The notes beneath the pieces are model-generated. The model ran no database searches. It had not been told where the DNA came from and worked only from the letters and a program-made list of their open reading frames with translations. The position numbers and the translations under genes were made by a program. Shown here piece by piece: positions 23,950 to 36,400 of a DNA stretch of 40,928 bases. This stretch comes from Chiloscyllium plagiosum. Taxonomy: Eukaryota. Location: NCBI RefSeq assembly GCF_004010195.1, contig NC_057751.1, positions 3,551,907-3,592,834 of the forward strand. Direction: 5' to 3'. Position 1 is the first letter of the stretch, and each line of letters starts with the position of its first letter.

Positions 23950-25120
23950 AATGTGCTGCCTTGGAAAATAACCTTTTAATTTTCCCATCCAAAACTGTCC
24001 TTAAGGTGATGATGAGTTGGCACATTGATCTGCTGCAATCCATGTGCTGTAAGTATACCTACAGTGCTACTGGCTCAGGAGTTCCAGGATTCAAAATCTA
24101 CAATACAAAAGGAATAGCGATATTGTTTGAAGTCAGTTTGATGTTTAGCTTGTGGGGAACTTGTAGTTGATCACATTTTAATAGAATTGGTGTCCCTGTC
24201 CTTCTAGGTGATAGAAGTTCCGAGTTTGGAATGTGGTGTCAAAGGAGCCTTGGTGTGCAGCCCAAACTTGGATACTGTCCAGATCTGGGTTCATAATTGC
24301 AGGGAATGCTTCAGTATCTGAAGAATTGCGAATGATGCTGAATATGGTTGGGGTTCTGACACTATGATGAGGAATTCCTGCAGAGACGTCTGAGATTCAG
24401 AAAGTTGGTCTTCAACAAGAGTAACCATTTTTCCTTTGTGTGAACTACAACTCTTATTAGTGGAGGGTTTTCTCACTGTTTCCCATTGACTTGAGGCTTA
24501 CCAGTGCTTGATATAAGACTGGGTCAAATGCTGCCTTGATATAAACCACCCCCGCCCTCCACGAACTCTGTTGATTTCCGCTCTTTTGTTTGCCTGGTTC
24601 TTGTCAAATTCAAGGGAGCATTATTGAGCAGGTCATCGCTGAGCAAGTGCATCTTGATATCATTGTTGCTGATTCTGTCAATTAGTTTTACGATGATCAA
24701 GAGAAGAATGATAATGCAATAAATGGTTAGATTGTCCTGCTTTTTTGAGGAAACACGATGGCTTGGCAAGTTTTCACATTGTTGGATTGACGTCAGTGTT
24801 GCATCTGCACTGGAACAGCGTAACAAGGTGCATACCTCAAACTCAAGTCCGGTCTGGTCTGATTCTGTCTTCATTAGGTGCTGTAGGACTGTTCTCTTTC
24901 TACTTTTTTTAACTTTTTAACAAACTGCAGTTATTATTAGGAATTCCTTAAAGGGTTGTGAGATAAGCACAGGCTATTGCCGAAATTTTGTCAGGGCCAA
25001 AGGTCTTTGCACTATCCAATGCCGACAGCTGATGCTTAATATCACATGGAGTAAACGGAGTTGTTTGAAGACTGAATCAGTGACACTCTGATATCATAAG
25101 GATGTCAAGTTAATAATATC
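23950..25120 (-). mobile_element. Decayed L2/CR1-clade LINE (same family as 6230-6630)
   Basis: 3' end is the reverse complement of 6480-6610; RT-like stretches upstream (ttgtcagggcc resembles GPDN on minus). Confidence 0.6.
24843..24973 (+). repeat. About 130-bp direct repeat, copy 2, embedded in the LINE
   Basis: Matches 22745-22873. Confidence 0.92.
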
Positions 25121-25789
25121 AACTGCTGTAAAATCACTCAACTAACATTTTCACTGCACCAAGCAATTAAGACAATTACTTTTAACAAAATATGATGATG
25201 TCATTTAAAAATGTTGGTGGCTTGTTCGACACATTTAAATGACAAAGTCAATTTGAAATATTAGACCTTTTCAATTGACATGATTCTTCTTTTAGGATAA
25301 GTGTCATAGTCAGTATAAACCACTGGTTTCATAGTGCCATTGATATTTTTGAATCTGGCAAACAAGCTTTGAATTGCAGCTAACATAATTAAAACAGATA
25401 CGATTGCTTAACCAGGCCCTTTGCCCTTTAGGTCTTTTAAACCCAGCCTTGTAAAACAATTACATTATCTGTTAATTGTCTTACTTGCAGAGGTTCAAAT
25501 GAAACCGTTTGAGAAGATCCCAAGGCAAAATCCCAATGATATTCCAAACTAATACGGTACTCGATAAAAATTAACAATATCATTAAAATCTTGCAAGATG
25601 GCACCTCCAATAATTCAGCACTTCCAGAGCATGAGACTGCTGTTTCAGTCAAGATTCTGTATTCAATTCTCTGAAATGGGGCTTGATGCCACTGCACCTC
25701 AGTTGACAAACAAGTCTGGACGAAACATTATCCTCCAATATGAATTTATCATGAAAACCACTTTTTTGTTATCTTGAAACCTGGACAGG

Positions 25790-26060
25790 GCAATGGGAGT
25801 CATTTAAATTCAGTATATAAATCTAGAATATAAAGCTAGTTTTGGTGGTGATCACGCAACTATCATCCAATTGTCATAAACCCAATCTGATTTATAACCA
25901 AATTTTGGGTTGTCCTTGACTGGTCTGGCCAAAACGTGACTCAATCCACAGCAATGCAAATTGGCTCTTTAAACTGCCCTCTGAAATGGGTCTCGTGAGA
26001 TAGTTCGGCGACAAAATGTTAGCCTTGTCAGTCACATCCACATCCATTAAAAAAAATAGA
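25790..26060 (+). mobile_element. tRNA-derived SINE remnant with L2-like tail
   Basis: tggtctggcc...gtgactc...cacagcaatg...ctctttaaactgccctctgaaatgg...aaatgttagccttgtcag..ccacatccattaaaaaaa; a possibly related 5' part lies at 39880-39990. Confidence 0.55.
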
Positions 26061-26732
26061 GATAGGCTCTCAACCCTAAACGGACAATGTAATTTCTTCA
26101 AGTGCTGGAAGCCGATGTGGGATCCAGCGGCATCAGTGGTATCTGCTTTGGCAAGGTCCAGCAAGGACTCATGGAGTCGGCAGCACTGTTGGAGGTGAGA
26201 TTATCCTGGAGAGTATCAGCTCTTGCGCTGGCAAAACAGCAAAGGGCAGCACAGCTGGCCGCTCCAGGCCCATGGCTGGGCACTTACCAAGAAGGACTGG
26301 AAAGCTGAACTTCATTTCTTTACTTTTCTGCCTTTATATTCTACGTTTTATTTTTGTTTGTGTTTTAAGATGGTATCAGAGAGTGTGACATTACGCTAGA
26401 CTTTGCCCTGTACTTTGTGAAAGAAAGTGACAACCAACAAATCAAAAAGTGAATTATTCATCCAACACTTGTGGATGAAGATGGTTCCAACTAATTCAAC
26501 GTTCTTTTTAGCACTGATGGGCTGATCTCTCCCACCATTGAGGACAGAGATATTTCTATGACTACTGGTTTTCATTTTGTCATCCATCATCTTTTATGAT
26601 TGGATGTGGCAGAATTTCAGAACTTTGATCTGATTCGTCACTTGGAGGATCACTTCGCTTTGTCGCAAGCTGAATACATCTTTTCACATGCAACAGTCCA
26701 AGGTACAGAAAAAGTATATAAGAGCTGGCATA

Positions 26733-26850
26733 AAGCTCCTGTGGCACAGTGGTAGTGTCAATGCCTCTGAAGTCAGAGAGTCTGGGTTTAAATCTCACCT
26801 GTGCTAGACATGTGTCATACACGTCTGAACAGATAGATTAGAAATATCTA
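26733..26850 (+). mobile_element. tRNA-derived SINE head
   Basis: A-box-like gtggcacagtggtag and B-box-like gggtttaaatctc; no intact cloverleaf. Confidence 0.55.
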
Positions 26851-27294
26851 GAAGAACTAACATAGGAAGGATGGGCTGAATAGTTGTCTTTTTTGCTGCA
26901 CAGTTCCACACAAGTTGAGAACATAATTTTGTATCTTGGCTTTAATCTTAATCAATCACATCATCTTAGCATCTTGACTTGGAATGATGTTTCTTTCATG
27001 ATTAACCTTTTCAGAATAAAGTGCAAAGATGCTCATCGACTGTTGTTGGATGAGCCAGTGGGGGGCTTTTATCTGGAATTTCAAATTGTAAGACAAAAAA
27101 CTACCCCAATGGGTGAAAAAGCTTGGAGTCTGACACAGACTGAATACATCTTTCTCTTAAATCATTGGCATTTAACCCCTGCAATCAAAAATAAATGAGC
27201 CTGATCATCATTAAGAAAAGGAATAGTTAAAACTCCTGCTTGGAGAATTAGATCAAAAGATCTATAAACAGTCCGTTTGCCTACAGTTGATGCA

Positions 27295-27407
27295 GTTGCT
27301 AGGAGATTCCCCTCCACTGCTATGGTGATGGATTTTAGATTCACTAGTAATGCTGGGGCACCTTTTAAACACCTGATCATTGTAGAAGTGGCATATCTCC
27401 TAGCAAC
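27295..27407 (+). other. 113-nt imperfect hairpin
   Basis: Perfect 13-bp arms gttgctaggagat / atctcctagcaac plus inner helices ccact/agtgg and ctatggtgat/atcattgtag. Confidence 0.75.
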
Positions 27408-27758
27408 AATAAGAGATAGGTAAGCTGCTTTCCCTTTTTTTCTTATTTTCTGATCATAGAAAACGAAATGCACCATTGTTGCAACATGCATGTGACCTTA
27501 TGTTCTCAAAAGTGGCCTATGACCAAGGTTATGATCTGGAATGCAATGCCTGAAAGGGTGTTTAGAGCAGATTCAACTGAAATTTTGAAAAAGGAATTGC
27601 ACATGTGATTGAAGTGAAATCTTTAAAGGGAAAGAGTGAGGGAGCAGAATCTATTCGACAACTCTTAAAGAACCCACAAAGACATGATGGCTGATTGTGG
27701 TATTATTCAATGATCCCACAAAAAGATAGCTGTAGAAAATTCTTATGTTAGAATTTGA

Positions 27759-28065
27759 GGGCAGCACGGTGGCACAATGGTTATCACTGCTGCCTCACAG
27801 TGCCAGGGACCTGGGTTCAATTCTAGCCTTGGGCAACTGTCTGTGTGGGAGTTTGCACATTCTTTCCATGTCTGTGTTGCTCCCCATGTCCCCTGTGGGT
27901 GCTCTGGTTTCCTCCCACAGTCCAAAGATGTGCAGGTCAGGTGAATTGGCCATGCTAAATTGCCCACAGTGTGAGGCACATTAATCAGAGGGAAATGGGT
28001 CTGGATGGGTTACTCTTCAGAGGGTCAGTGTGGACTTGTTGGGCCAGATGGCCTGTTTCCACAAT
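27759..28065 (+). mobile_element. HE1-like SINE, full length
   Basis: gggcagcacggtggcacaatgg (A box), ggttcaattc (B box), conserved body, LINE-derived 3' ggcctgtttccac. Confidence 0.92.
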
Positions 28066-28931
28066 GGAATGTTTTATGCTCATTTGATTAAGAAGAACAG
28101 GATATTTGTGTCAATGAAATGGCAATACCCCTGATGATGCAGTACACCCTGAAATGTGAAATGTCAGCCTTGATTTTGTGCTCCCGTCCTTTTCCATCTT
28201 GAAAGCATTCCCTCTGACTCAAAATGAAAATGCTGTTACTGAAGCTTGCAGATAAACAAAAGCATCTTGTCAAAAACCTCAATTAGCTTACTTAAAATAG
28301 CTTAGAAAATTCTCTTTGTTGATTTTGGGCAGAAGATACTTATTTTTAAAACTTAAGCTAAATTTTTACTCAGGTTTTTAATGCTTAAGACAATGGTCAA
28401 TATGTGCACTGAACAGTCTGTATGATTTCCTTGTAAATCAAAGTGCGGCACTTTGTTTTGGATGTGACCTCCTTGGTTGCACAGCAACAGTGGTGGTGTT
28501 GATCAAATTAAATAAATCCATATCTTTACTGTGCTATGTTGGTAATGCGTGCAGTAAATTAAAGGGTGATGGGATGGAAGGTGAAGACAATAGGAATCCA
28601 ATAATTTTGCAAAGGACAAGTGCAAGAAATGGAATGGAGTCAACCATGGTGGATGGGAATGAGTTGAGGAAAATGGAAGTCTTATGGACAACTAAGTTGG
28701 GCTGTGATTTAACTGTTCTCATTTACATCTTACATTTCTTTATTTGACCCATTGCCATCCACTATCGGCCGTCAGTTATTTAACATACCCCACCTTCTAA
28801 ACAATCAGACCTTTTGGGTTTTCCTCTATTCCCCACCTTCATGTTCCCTGCTTCTGTACTTGCTCAACACTTGCCACATCAGAAACTTAATTTGAGTTCT
28901 GATAAAAGGTGTTGACCTGTAATGTTCACGA

Positions 28932-30038
28932 TAGAATAACCTCGGTTATCCAAACATCAGTTATTCGAATTTCGGATTATCCAAACAAAATCGCAAGGTC
29001 CTTGTACATGCATTTCAATTGAAGTAGGAAAATTCTATTCCTTATCCATTTAATGCATAATCTTGCAAATTTGAACAGGAATATAGATGCAAGTATGCTT
29101 TAAAAAATAATTAACTTCAAATATATACTCGAGACGATGTTAGAGTTAAGTCTTACACTTTTTATAAAGAGGCTCTCCAATACATATTCTCCCCTTGAAC
29201 AAAGGTTTGTGACTGTGAACACACAAGAACAACATATGTGCAAGCCTGAGCTGTGCGCTCTTACAGCAAGATTGTCTCTCCACATTGACTCACTCCATTT
29301 TGCATATGCATCAATTTTTTTCCTCAGCTCATACTCTGGAGAGTTAAATCAAAAAATGTGCTTGCACTTTTCATTTCCGTTGCTTTTTTCTCCCGTTATC
29401 CCATGACGACTCTTTTTTTCCAAACAAAAAGTAGTTCAATATCTTTCAGCTGACAAGAAAATTTAATGTAACTTTTTTTTGATTAGAGAGAGCAAATCAT
29501 AGTGAGTTAGCACATGTGAAAATAAACAGGAGGAAAACTTGACAGAAGGAAACACGAGGAAAACATTATCCCCTCAAAATAATTGATGAGAGGATGGAAA
29601 CTGAAGTCAGTGAAAAATCTTCCCCCTGTATTTTGCGCCTCTCTCTCTCTCTCTCTCTCTAAGGGCTCTAAGTCACTGAGGAAAGAGGGACAACACTTGA
29701 TTAGTCTGGACGGCAGGATGACACCAAACAGAAAAATGCCGGCTGCTGTCGAGGACCGGGATAAAACGAAGGAAAATGTCAGCGAAAAATTTCACAGACT
29801 TCAATCAAACTCTAGCCAAAAAGTGATTTTATTTGTAAAATCTCATGAATTTTTAAGCAATATCCAGTGTTTGTACACATTTAATCGATTGAATGAAATA
29901 AAAACTGTAAACATGCTTTTTTATGTAATTATGTTCAAAATGGTTTCCTTTGTTTACAATCAGATCAGTTATCCGAACAATCAGTTATCCGAACAAAATA
30001 CTCCCCGCTGTCTTGTTTGAATAATTGAGGTTGTTCTG
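28932..30038. mobile_element. Non-autonomous Tc1/mariner (Tigger/pogo-like) element inserted in a PLE terminus
   Basis: TIRs tagaataacctcggttatccaaaca / reverse complement cagaacaacctcaattattcaaaca; TA at the right flank; subterminal cagttatccgaaca repeats; flanks 28895-28929 and 30041-30120 rejoin as one PLE terminus. Confidence 0.8.
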
Positions 30039-30354
30039 TATTTCCGTCTTCATAAATGCTGCCAGACATGTGAAGCATGTCAAAGATATTCTGCTTTCAT
30101 TTCAGATTTCCAGTGTTCAGAAATAGTTGGCTTTGGTATAAAAAGAATATGGATATTCAACTTTTGCCAAAAACCCAAATCATGTGACAAGCTCCATCCT
30201 CCTTCCCAACCAGTTGCTGACGCCAAACCAAATGGTAAAATGATAAATCACACTTCATTTGTCCCGAGAATTAGTTTGCCGACAGGGTTGAAGTGGAAGT
30301 CTACAGCACCATTTGAAGATTTTTGACAAGATCTGAACAAATAGTTTAGATTAT

Positions 30355-30750
30355 CTGCAAGCTTCAGTGGCACCATTCTCACTTGGAGTCAGGAGGAATG
30401 CTTTGAAGACTGACATAGGACTTGAGCACACAATCAAGACTGACACTTCACATTTCAGGGAGCAATGCAGAGTCAGGGGCTTTGTTTGAAAAATGAAAAA
30501 AGTCTTGTCTTCTTACCCAGATGGGCAGAAAAACATGTCACTGGAAAATTCAAAGAGAATTTCTTCCAGTGTCCATCCAAACATTTAATCACACAATCAA
30601 CGCCACAAGAACAGATATTGGTCAGGTGTCTCATTGCTGATTTGGGCTCATTCACAGATTGGCCACAATGTTTCTTGACGAAACAGCCATAAAATAGCTA
30701 GGTACATCATGAGGCTGTGAAAGAAGCTATACCAGTTTAACTCTGTATTT
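30355..30750 (+). mobile_element. Old DeuSINE-like (SacSINE1/AmnSINE1-related) element
   Basis: ggacttgagcacacaatcaagactgacac...agggag...cagtgtcc...aacagat..tggtca..tctcattgctg.ttggg...attggcc follows the Deu-domain consensus as I recall it; highly diverged. Confidence 0.55.
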
Positions 30751-30788
30751 ATTTCTTTGAGTCAAAGAAACACAGAAAAAAGGAACAG

Positions 30789-32677
30789 ATCAAGATTGAT
30801 GAAGTTGATGTGCTAGAAATTTTGGAAAACATTAAGATTGATAAGTCCCCAGGGCCAGACCAGATTTATCCTCGGCTGCTCCGGGAAGTGAGAAAGGAGG
30901 TTGCTAAGCCGCTGGTGAGGATATTTGCCTTCTCACTCTCCACAGGAGTTGTACCTGAGGATTGGAAGGAGGCGAATGTTGTTCCTCTTTTCAAGAAGGG
31001 TAATAGGCAAATCCCTGGCAATTACAGACCGTCTTACGTTTGTGGTCAGCAAAATTTGGAAAGAATTCTGAGGGATAGGATTTATGACTATTTGGTAAAA
31101 CATAGTGTGATTAAAGGCAGTCAGCATGGCTTTGTGAGGGGCAGGTCATGCCTCATAAATCTTATTGAGTTCTTTGAGGAGGTGTCAAGACAAGTTGACA
31201 ACGATTGAGCAGTCGATGTGGTGTATGTGGATTTCAGCATGGCATTTGATAGGGTTCTCCATGGTAGGCTCATTCATAAAGTCAGTAAGTATGAGATACA
31301 GGGAGATTTGGCTATCTGGATTCAGAATTGGCTGGCTGACAGAAGGCAGTGGAGGACAGTGTTGAGTGGGGTCGCGCAGGGCTCAGTTTAGATTAGATTA
31401 CTTTACAGTGTGGAAACAGGCCTTTCGGCCCAACAAGTCCACACCGACCCGCCGAAGCGCAACCCACCCAGACCCATTCCCCGACATTTACCCCTGCACC
31501 TAACACTACGGGCAATTTAGCATGGCCAATTCACCTGACCTGCACATTTTTGGACTGTGGGAGGAAACCGGAGCACCCAGAGGAAACCCACGCAGACACG
31601 GGGAGAATGTGCAAACTCCAGACAGTCAGTCGCCTGAGGCGGGAATTGAACCCGGGTCTCTGGCACTGTGAGGCAGCAGTGCTAACCACTGTGCCACCGT
31701 GCCGCCCACTACAGCCCTTCGATCTTGCTATACCATTCAATACAGCTAAGTGTTACGACACCGGGTGAACCCACCTGCTTAACTTAAAGAGTTCTTGGGC
31801 CTCTGCTCTTTGTAGCTTTTATAAATGACTTGGATGAGGAGGTTGAGGGGTGGGTTAGTAACTTTGCAGATGACACAAAGGTGGGAGATGTCGTCGATAG
31901 TATAGAGGGCTACTGCAGGCTGCAGCGCGACATAGACAGGATGTAGAGCTGTGCTGAGAAATGGCAGATGGGAGTTTAACGTGGATAAATGCGAAGTGAT
32001 GCATTTTGGAAGGTCGACTTGAATGCTGAAAGTAGGATTACAGACAGGATTCTTGGCAGTGTGGAGGAACAGAGGGATCTGGGTGTGCAAATACATAGAT
32101 CCCTCAAAGTTGCCATCCAAATGGATAGAGTTGTTAAGAAAGCATATGGTGTTTTGGCTTTCATTAACAGGGGGATCGAGTTTAAGAGCCCCAAGGTTTT
32201 GCTGCAGCTCTACAAGTCCCTGATGTGACCACACTCGGAATATTGCGTCCAGTTCTGGTCACCCCACTATAAGAAAGATACAGAGGCTTTGGAGAGGGTG
32301 CAAAGAAGGTTTACCAGGATGCTGCCTGGACTGGAGGGCTTGCCTTAAGAAGAAAGGTTGATTCAGCTTGCACTTTTCTTTCTGGAGAGGAGGAAGAGAG
32401 GAGACCTGATTGAAATGTACAAAATAATGAGAGGAATAGATAAGAGTCAGAAGTAGGTTCTTTACGCAGAGAGTTACGAATGCTTGGTGCCAACTGTGGT
32501 GGTGGAAGCAAAGTCATTGGGGACATTTAAGCAACTGCTGGACATGCACATGGATAGCAGTGAGTTGAGGGGTACGAAGGTTAAGTTACTATATTTTATG
32601 TTAGGATTAAATCTCTGCACAACATTGTGGGTCAAAGGGCCTGTTCTGTGCTGTACTTTTCTATGTTCTATGTTCTA
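30789..32677 (+). mobile_element. CR1 LINE (same subfamily as 18942-20290), 5'-truncated
   Basis: DKSPGPDQIYPRLLRE, VPEDWKEANVVPLFKKG, QHGFVRGRSCLINLIEFFEEV, FADDTK; (ctatgtt)n tail. Confidence 0.93.
31389..31707 (-). mobile_element. HE1-like SINE, full length, young
   Basis: Minus gggcggcacggtggcacagtgg...gggttcaattccc; CpGs retained; (aatct)n tail. Confidence 0.93.
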
Positions 32678-32727
32678 AGTAGTCCATTCAGCCCTTCGAT
32701 CTTGCTATACCATTCAATACGGCTAAG

Positions 32728-33434
32728 TGTTACGACACTGGGTGAACCCACCTGCTTAACTTAAAGCAGCAACACAGAAAAGATTTATCCCCATGCTGTA
32801 ATCTGTGAAAATTTGAGAGGCCAAGAATTATTTAAAGTAAAAACTAAAACTTTATTTCTTTCAGTATAACTGAGAATAATTAACAAACAAATATCTAACC
32901 TATCTTTTACCTTTCCCTTCCACAATACTAGTCCATAAGACTCCCAATTAAGATTAACAAAACAAAACTTCTAATCTCAAAACCATGCAGCTTTCAGTTT
33001 TCTCTGTATTCCTGTTTTCTTTTCTTCTTTTTAGGGGTTCTGCTTCACAGGTTACTGATTGATAAAGGTACCTTTAAGAGAGCTATTTTTCAGACACTCT
33101 TTACATGCTGGTAGCTTGATAGTTCTCCTCTCAACTGTTCAATTTTCCCCGGTCTTATACCCCCAAAGCATCGGATTTTGTCATTGGCTTTTAAGATTGT
33201 CAATATCCTAAATTCAAACTGGTTTGGAGTCTGGTATTTTTTTGGGTATAATTTAAACTGATTGGTCTAATTTAAATCTGTTTTGTCGTTTCCAGGCAAC
33301 CACCTACCCTAGCCACCCGAGTGGCTGGAGCACATGTTACATTGTATCTTTTTTCAGAACAGTTGGTGCTGTCAGGTAGTTTTTGCGAGCTTTTAACTCT
33401 CTTAAAGGTACAGTACACCAACATTTTCATATAA
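32728..33434 (-). mobile_element. Solo LTR (Gypsy-like, 4-bp TSD)
   Basis: Starts tgttacg, flanked by taag (32724-32727, 33435-33438), cleanly interrupts the old CR1; aataaa and a TATA-like gtataag on minus. The right terminus is degenerate. Confidence 0.6.
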
Positions 33435-36400
33435 TAAGCATACAACTCACACAACCTTGTTCCTGCATTTTCCCCATATCTTTTGATCTCTTTCACCTGA
33501 AGAACTATATCTAACTTCTTGAAAACATTGAATGTTTTGACCTCAACCACTTTTCACACAACCTGATTACTCTCTGGGCAAAGCAATTTCTCCTTGTCTC
33601 GACCCTAAATGGCCCACCCATATCATTATTCAGTGAAACACTGCCAGTGTACTGAATACACAATGAATTGTCATTTGGCCTAAGTATCAGGAGAAAAAAA
33701 AATCACAGAAGAAATAACATGACGGATGTTCGTAATCATGTAAGAATTGAGTTTCTGGATAAGGGTGACAAAGTGATTTGTAAAGGTAACTTTTTTTGAG
33801 GTGGTTACTGAAATCACCCTGCTGTCCCCACCACTTCTCATTTCAGTCTTGAATTAATGACAACAGAACCGTGTTTGCAACTTCAGAGGTTTAAAAATGC
33901 ATGCGTTGCTTGTTTAAAATTCGATGAATCCGAAGATTTAGGCCATCTTGCTCGTGCACTACTAATATAAGCCAAATCCATTAAGCTGCACGTGCCATTC
34001 TGAAGCACTACTCAAAATAATGTTACAATTAATTTTGATGAACTTGAAATGATTTTCTTAGTGCTGTTGCTGGTGAGAATCTTTGCTTACTGATAGTGAA
34101 TAACCAAAAATACATGGCACAATTTCCAAGGAAAATAGTTGTCTATTATGAATAGCCAATGGCATTCCAGTTCTAAAATGTACAGGGAATAACCTTTCTC
34201 TTTGCAACTTTTTTTCACGTGTGGCTAGTCTTAAATATACAATTTTGATTTCCCTACCAATAAACGAAGTGAATCCTTTCACGTTGATGCTCCTCAGAGT
34301 CTATAAAACAGACTGTACAATAAAAGAACCAAAACAGTTTGCAGTGGTGTATGCTTTGCCATCAGTCTTTAACAACATCCAAAAGGCAAAGCAATTCAAA
34401 GTTACATCTTTGTGTTCCCTGAAAGCAGTTGCAATATTAAAGGGCATCTGGACTGCTCTTGTTTTCTTTCCTCCAGATGCATTCCAAATCAGTAACTTGT
34501 GGAAACACAAGGATTCTAAAACAAATGCAAATTGCTAAGTAGTTTGAGAAAATAAGCTGGTGGTTCAGAGGATGTCATAACCAAGATAAATTGTGAGCTG
34601 GTTAAAATATCACCCACATATCAAAATTAAATTTGAGCCTCAAAATCATTGCAAATCTGTCACCTTTTCATTTATACGGTGAATTGGTCCTTTTCATAAT
34701 CATATTTACACGAACAAGTGTCTAACACTGCACATCAACGGCTTGGTATAGAATAATCATCACAGAAAGATCTGAATACCAAATGACACTTCCTCAATCT
34801 CACTGGCCTTTATGTTGCCGTTGTGAACAGAATTAACTCTTTTTGGTACAAAAGTTGCAAAGTTTGACTCACTTGTTTGATTTGCACAAATATCACATTG
34901 TGTCTGATGCAAATATAAAATTACTTCTTTGATTTAATTAGCTGTATTGTTCTTTTGATTGACGGGCTCAGGCGAGTCGTATTGTAAGTATTTGTACATT
35001 CAGTCCATTATTCTCATCACCTGATGCAAATTATTCTCATCACCTACAAGACAATTTAGATAGTCACCATTATGTTTATGACCTCTGGTATACTATAGTT
35101 AATTGGATGTAAATAATTATTCTTGGAATTGTTACTGAAATTGTGTGAGAAAACCCAAGGTCTGCAAATCTGACACTGAGATTTGGCAGCTGGTTTCAAT
35201 TATGCAGAAACTGCGCAAGGGCAAAATTTCCCCCTTTCACAGAGGTTTATGTTAAAATATAATGGGGGTGCCTCTGCATGAGAAGAGATCCATGAGAGAA
35301 CAGCAAATTCACATGTTTTTGAAATGCTGCCTTCACAGAAAAAAAGCAGGCCTACGAGCAAGAACAGGGCACCACAATCAAGAATGTCCACAAAATTTCC
35401 TTCAAGCTTTGGAACCAAGTGCAGAAAAATATGACAATCCTTTAAACAGCAGCTATGCTACCCAGCATTTCTACTCACCAGGTTCAAAGTCAACACAAGT
35501 ATGTGAGTAAGCATTATCTTGTTGCATATGAAAAAAAATGCAAAAATCCAATACAACATTGAGCTTTGTTGCTGACAACCAGCAATGGTTGAAGAGCTCA
35601 TGTGTTAGCTGTAACTTTTAATTCAAAGCCTTGATACAGTTCTTTTACAGATGGAGTTGTAACACCACTGAATTGCACGTTTCCTTCATGATGTGTGTGA
35701 TGTGCAAAAGTTTTATTGAATGTCTCTCATCATCCCTTTGCTTCTTAAATATACAATGTCATGGTGATGTTTGTTTTCACAGTGAGATATACTGAACTGA
35801 ACCAAACTTAAGGACAGTGAAAGAATTCAAAGTTTGTAATCCCTGCAACATTATAGCCTACAGAAGCATCATTCGGGTAAAGAAAAGGTGAGACCATGCT
35901 CTTTCCTGAGCTATGGATCAGTATCATTCAGGGCTAAGGTTTCATCCTCACAAACATATATTTCAACAAAGACATACACATGAAAAGCACAGTCAATGAG
36001 ATAGATTGGAAGATGTATCATGAAGGAAGTATTTTAAATGGTGCTTTTGTCACTCTCAACCCAAGACAACAGATTGCCAATGGACCAAAATGGCACAGCA
36101 TTTCACAGCACTCCACATCCCAATCCACAACCTTTCTGAGCGGAAGCAGAAAAGCATATATCCCACATGAATTAGCTAGCACCTAATATGGTGATAGCAT
36201 CTCATATGCCAAAGTTTGAAGTGAGTGGTGGCCCCAAAGAAGAAAATGAGTGGATCACTGTCAAAGGTAAATGTACTGTGGTAAATGTAGAAATGTTGCA
36301 AAGCTGTATTACATTTAAATTTCTTCGTATGTTCATCTGATTATGTAAAATATATCTGTTCTGGTGTGGTGAAGCAGGAAGATTTCAGTGCACTGATAGT

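Larger units (their letters stand above)
30763..33630 (-). mobile_element. Old CR1-type 3' end, split by the nested CR1 and LTR insertions
   Basis: Pieces 30763-30788, 32678-32727 and 33435-33630 join into a CR1 3' end on minus (VVEVKTFNVFKKLDIVLQVKEIKRYGE). Confidence 0.7.

Noticed and set aside
25492..25551. Plus-strand acceptor followed by VQMKPFEKIPRQNPNDIPN*
   Set aside because: Peptide not recognised and no upstream partner exon; the same bases also read as a minus-strand donor, so it is ambiguous.
26733..26810. tRNA gene
   Set aside because: A/B boxes only, no cloverleaf; it is a SINE head. The same applies to the HE1 heads.
29960..30000. CRISPR-like or prokaryotic repeat array
   Set aside because: Only two adjacent subterminal repeats of a MITE with no spacers; the whole window is eukaryotic.
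29583..30020. 145-aa ORF as a transposase
   Set aside because: Crosses a (ct)n microsatellite and has no HTH or DDE motifs.
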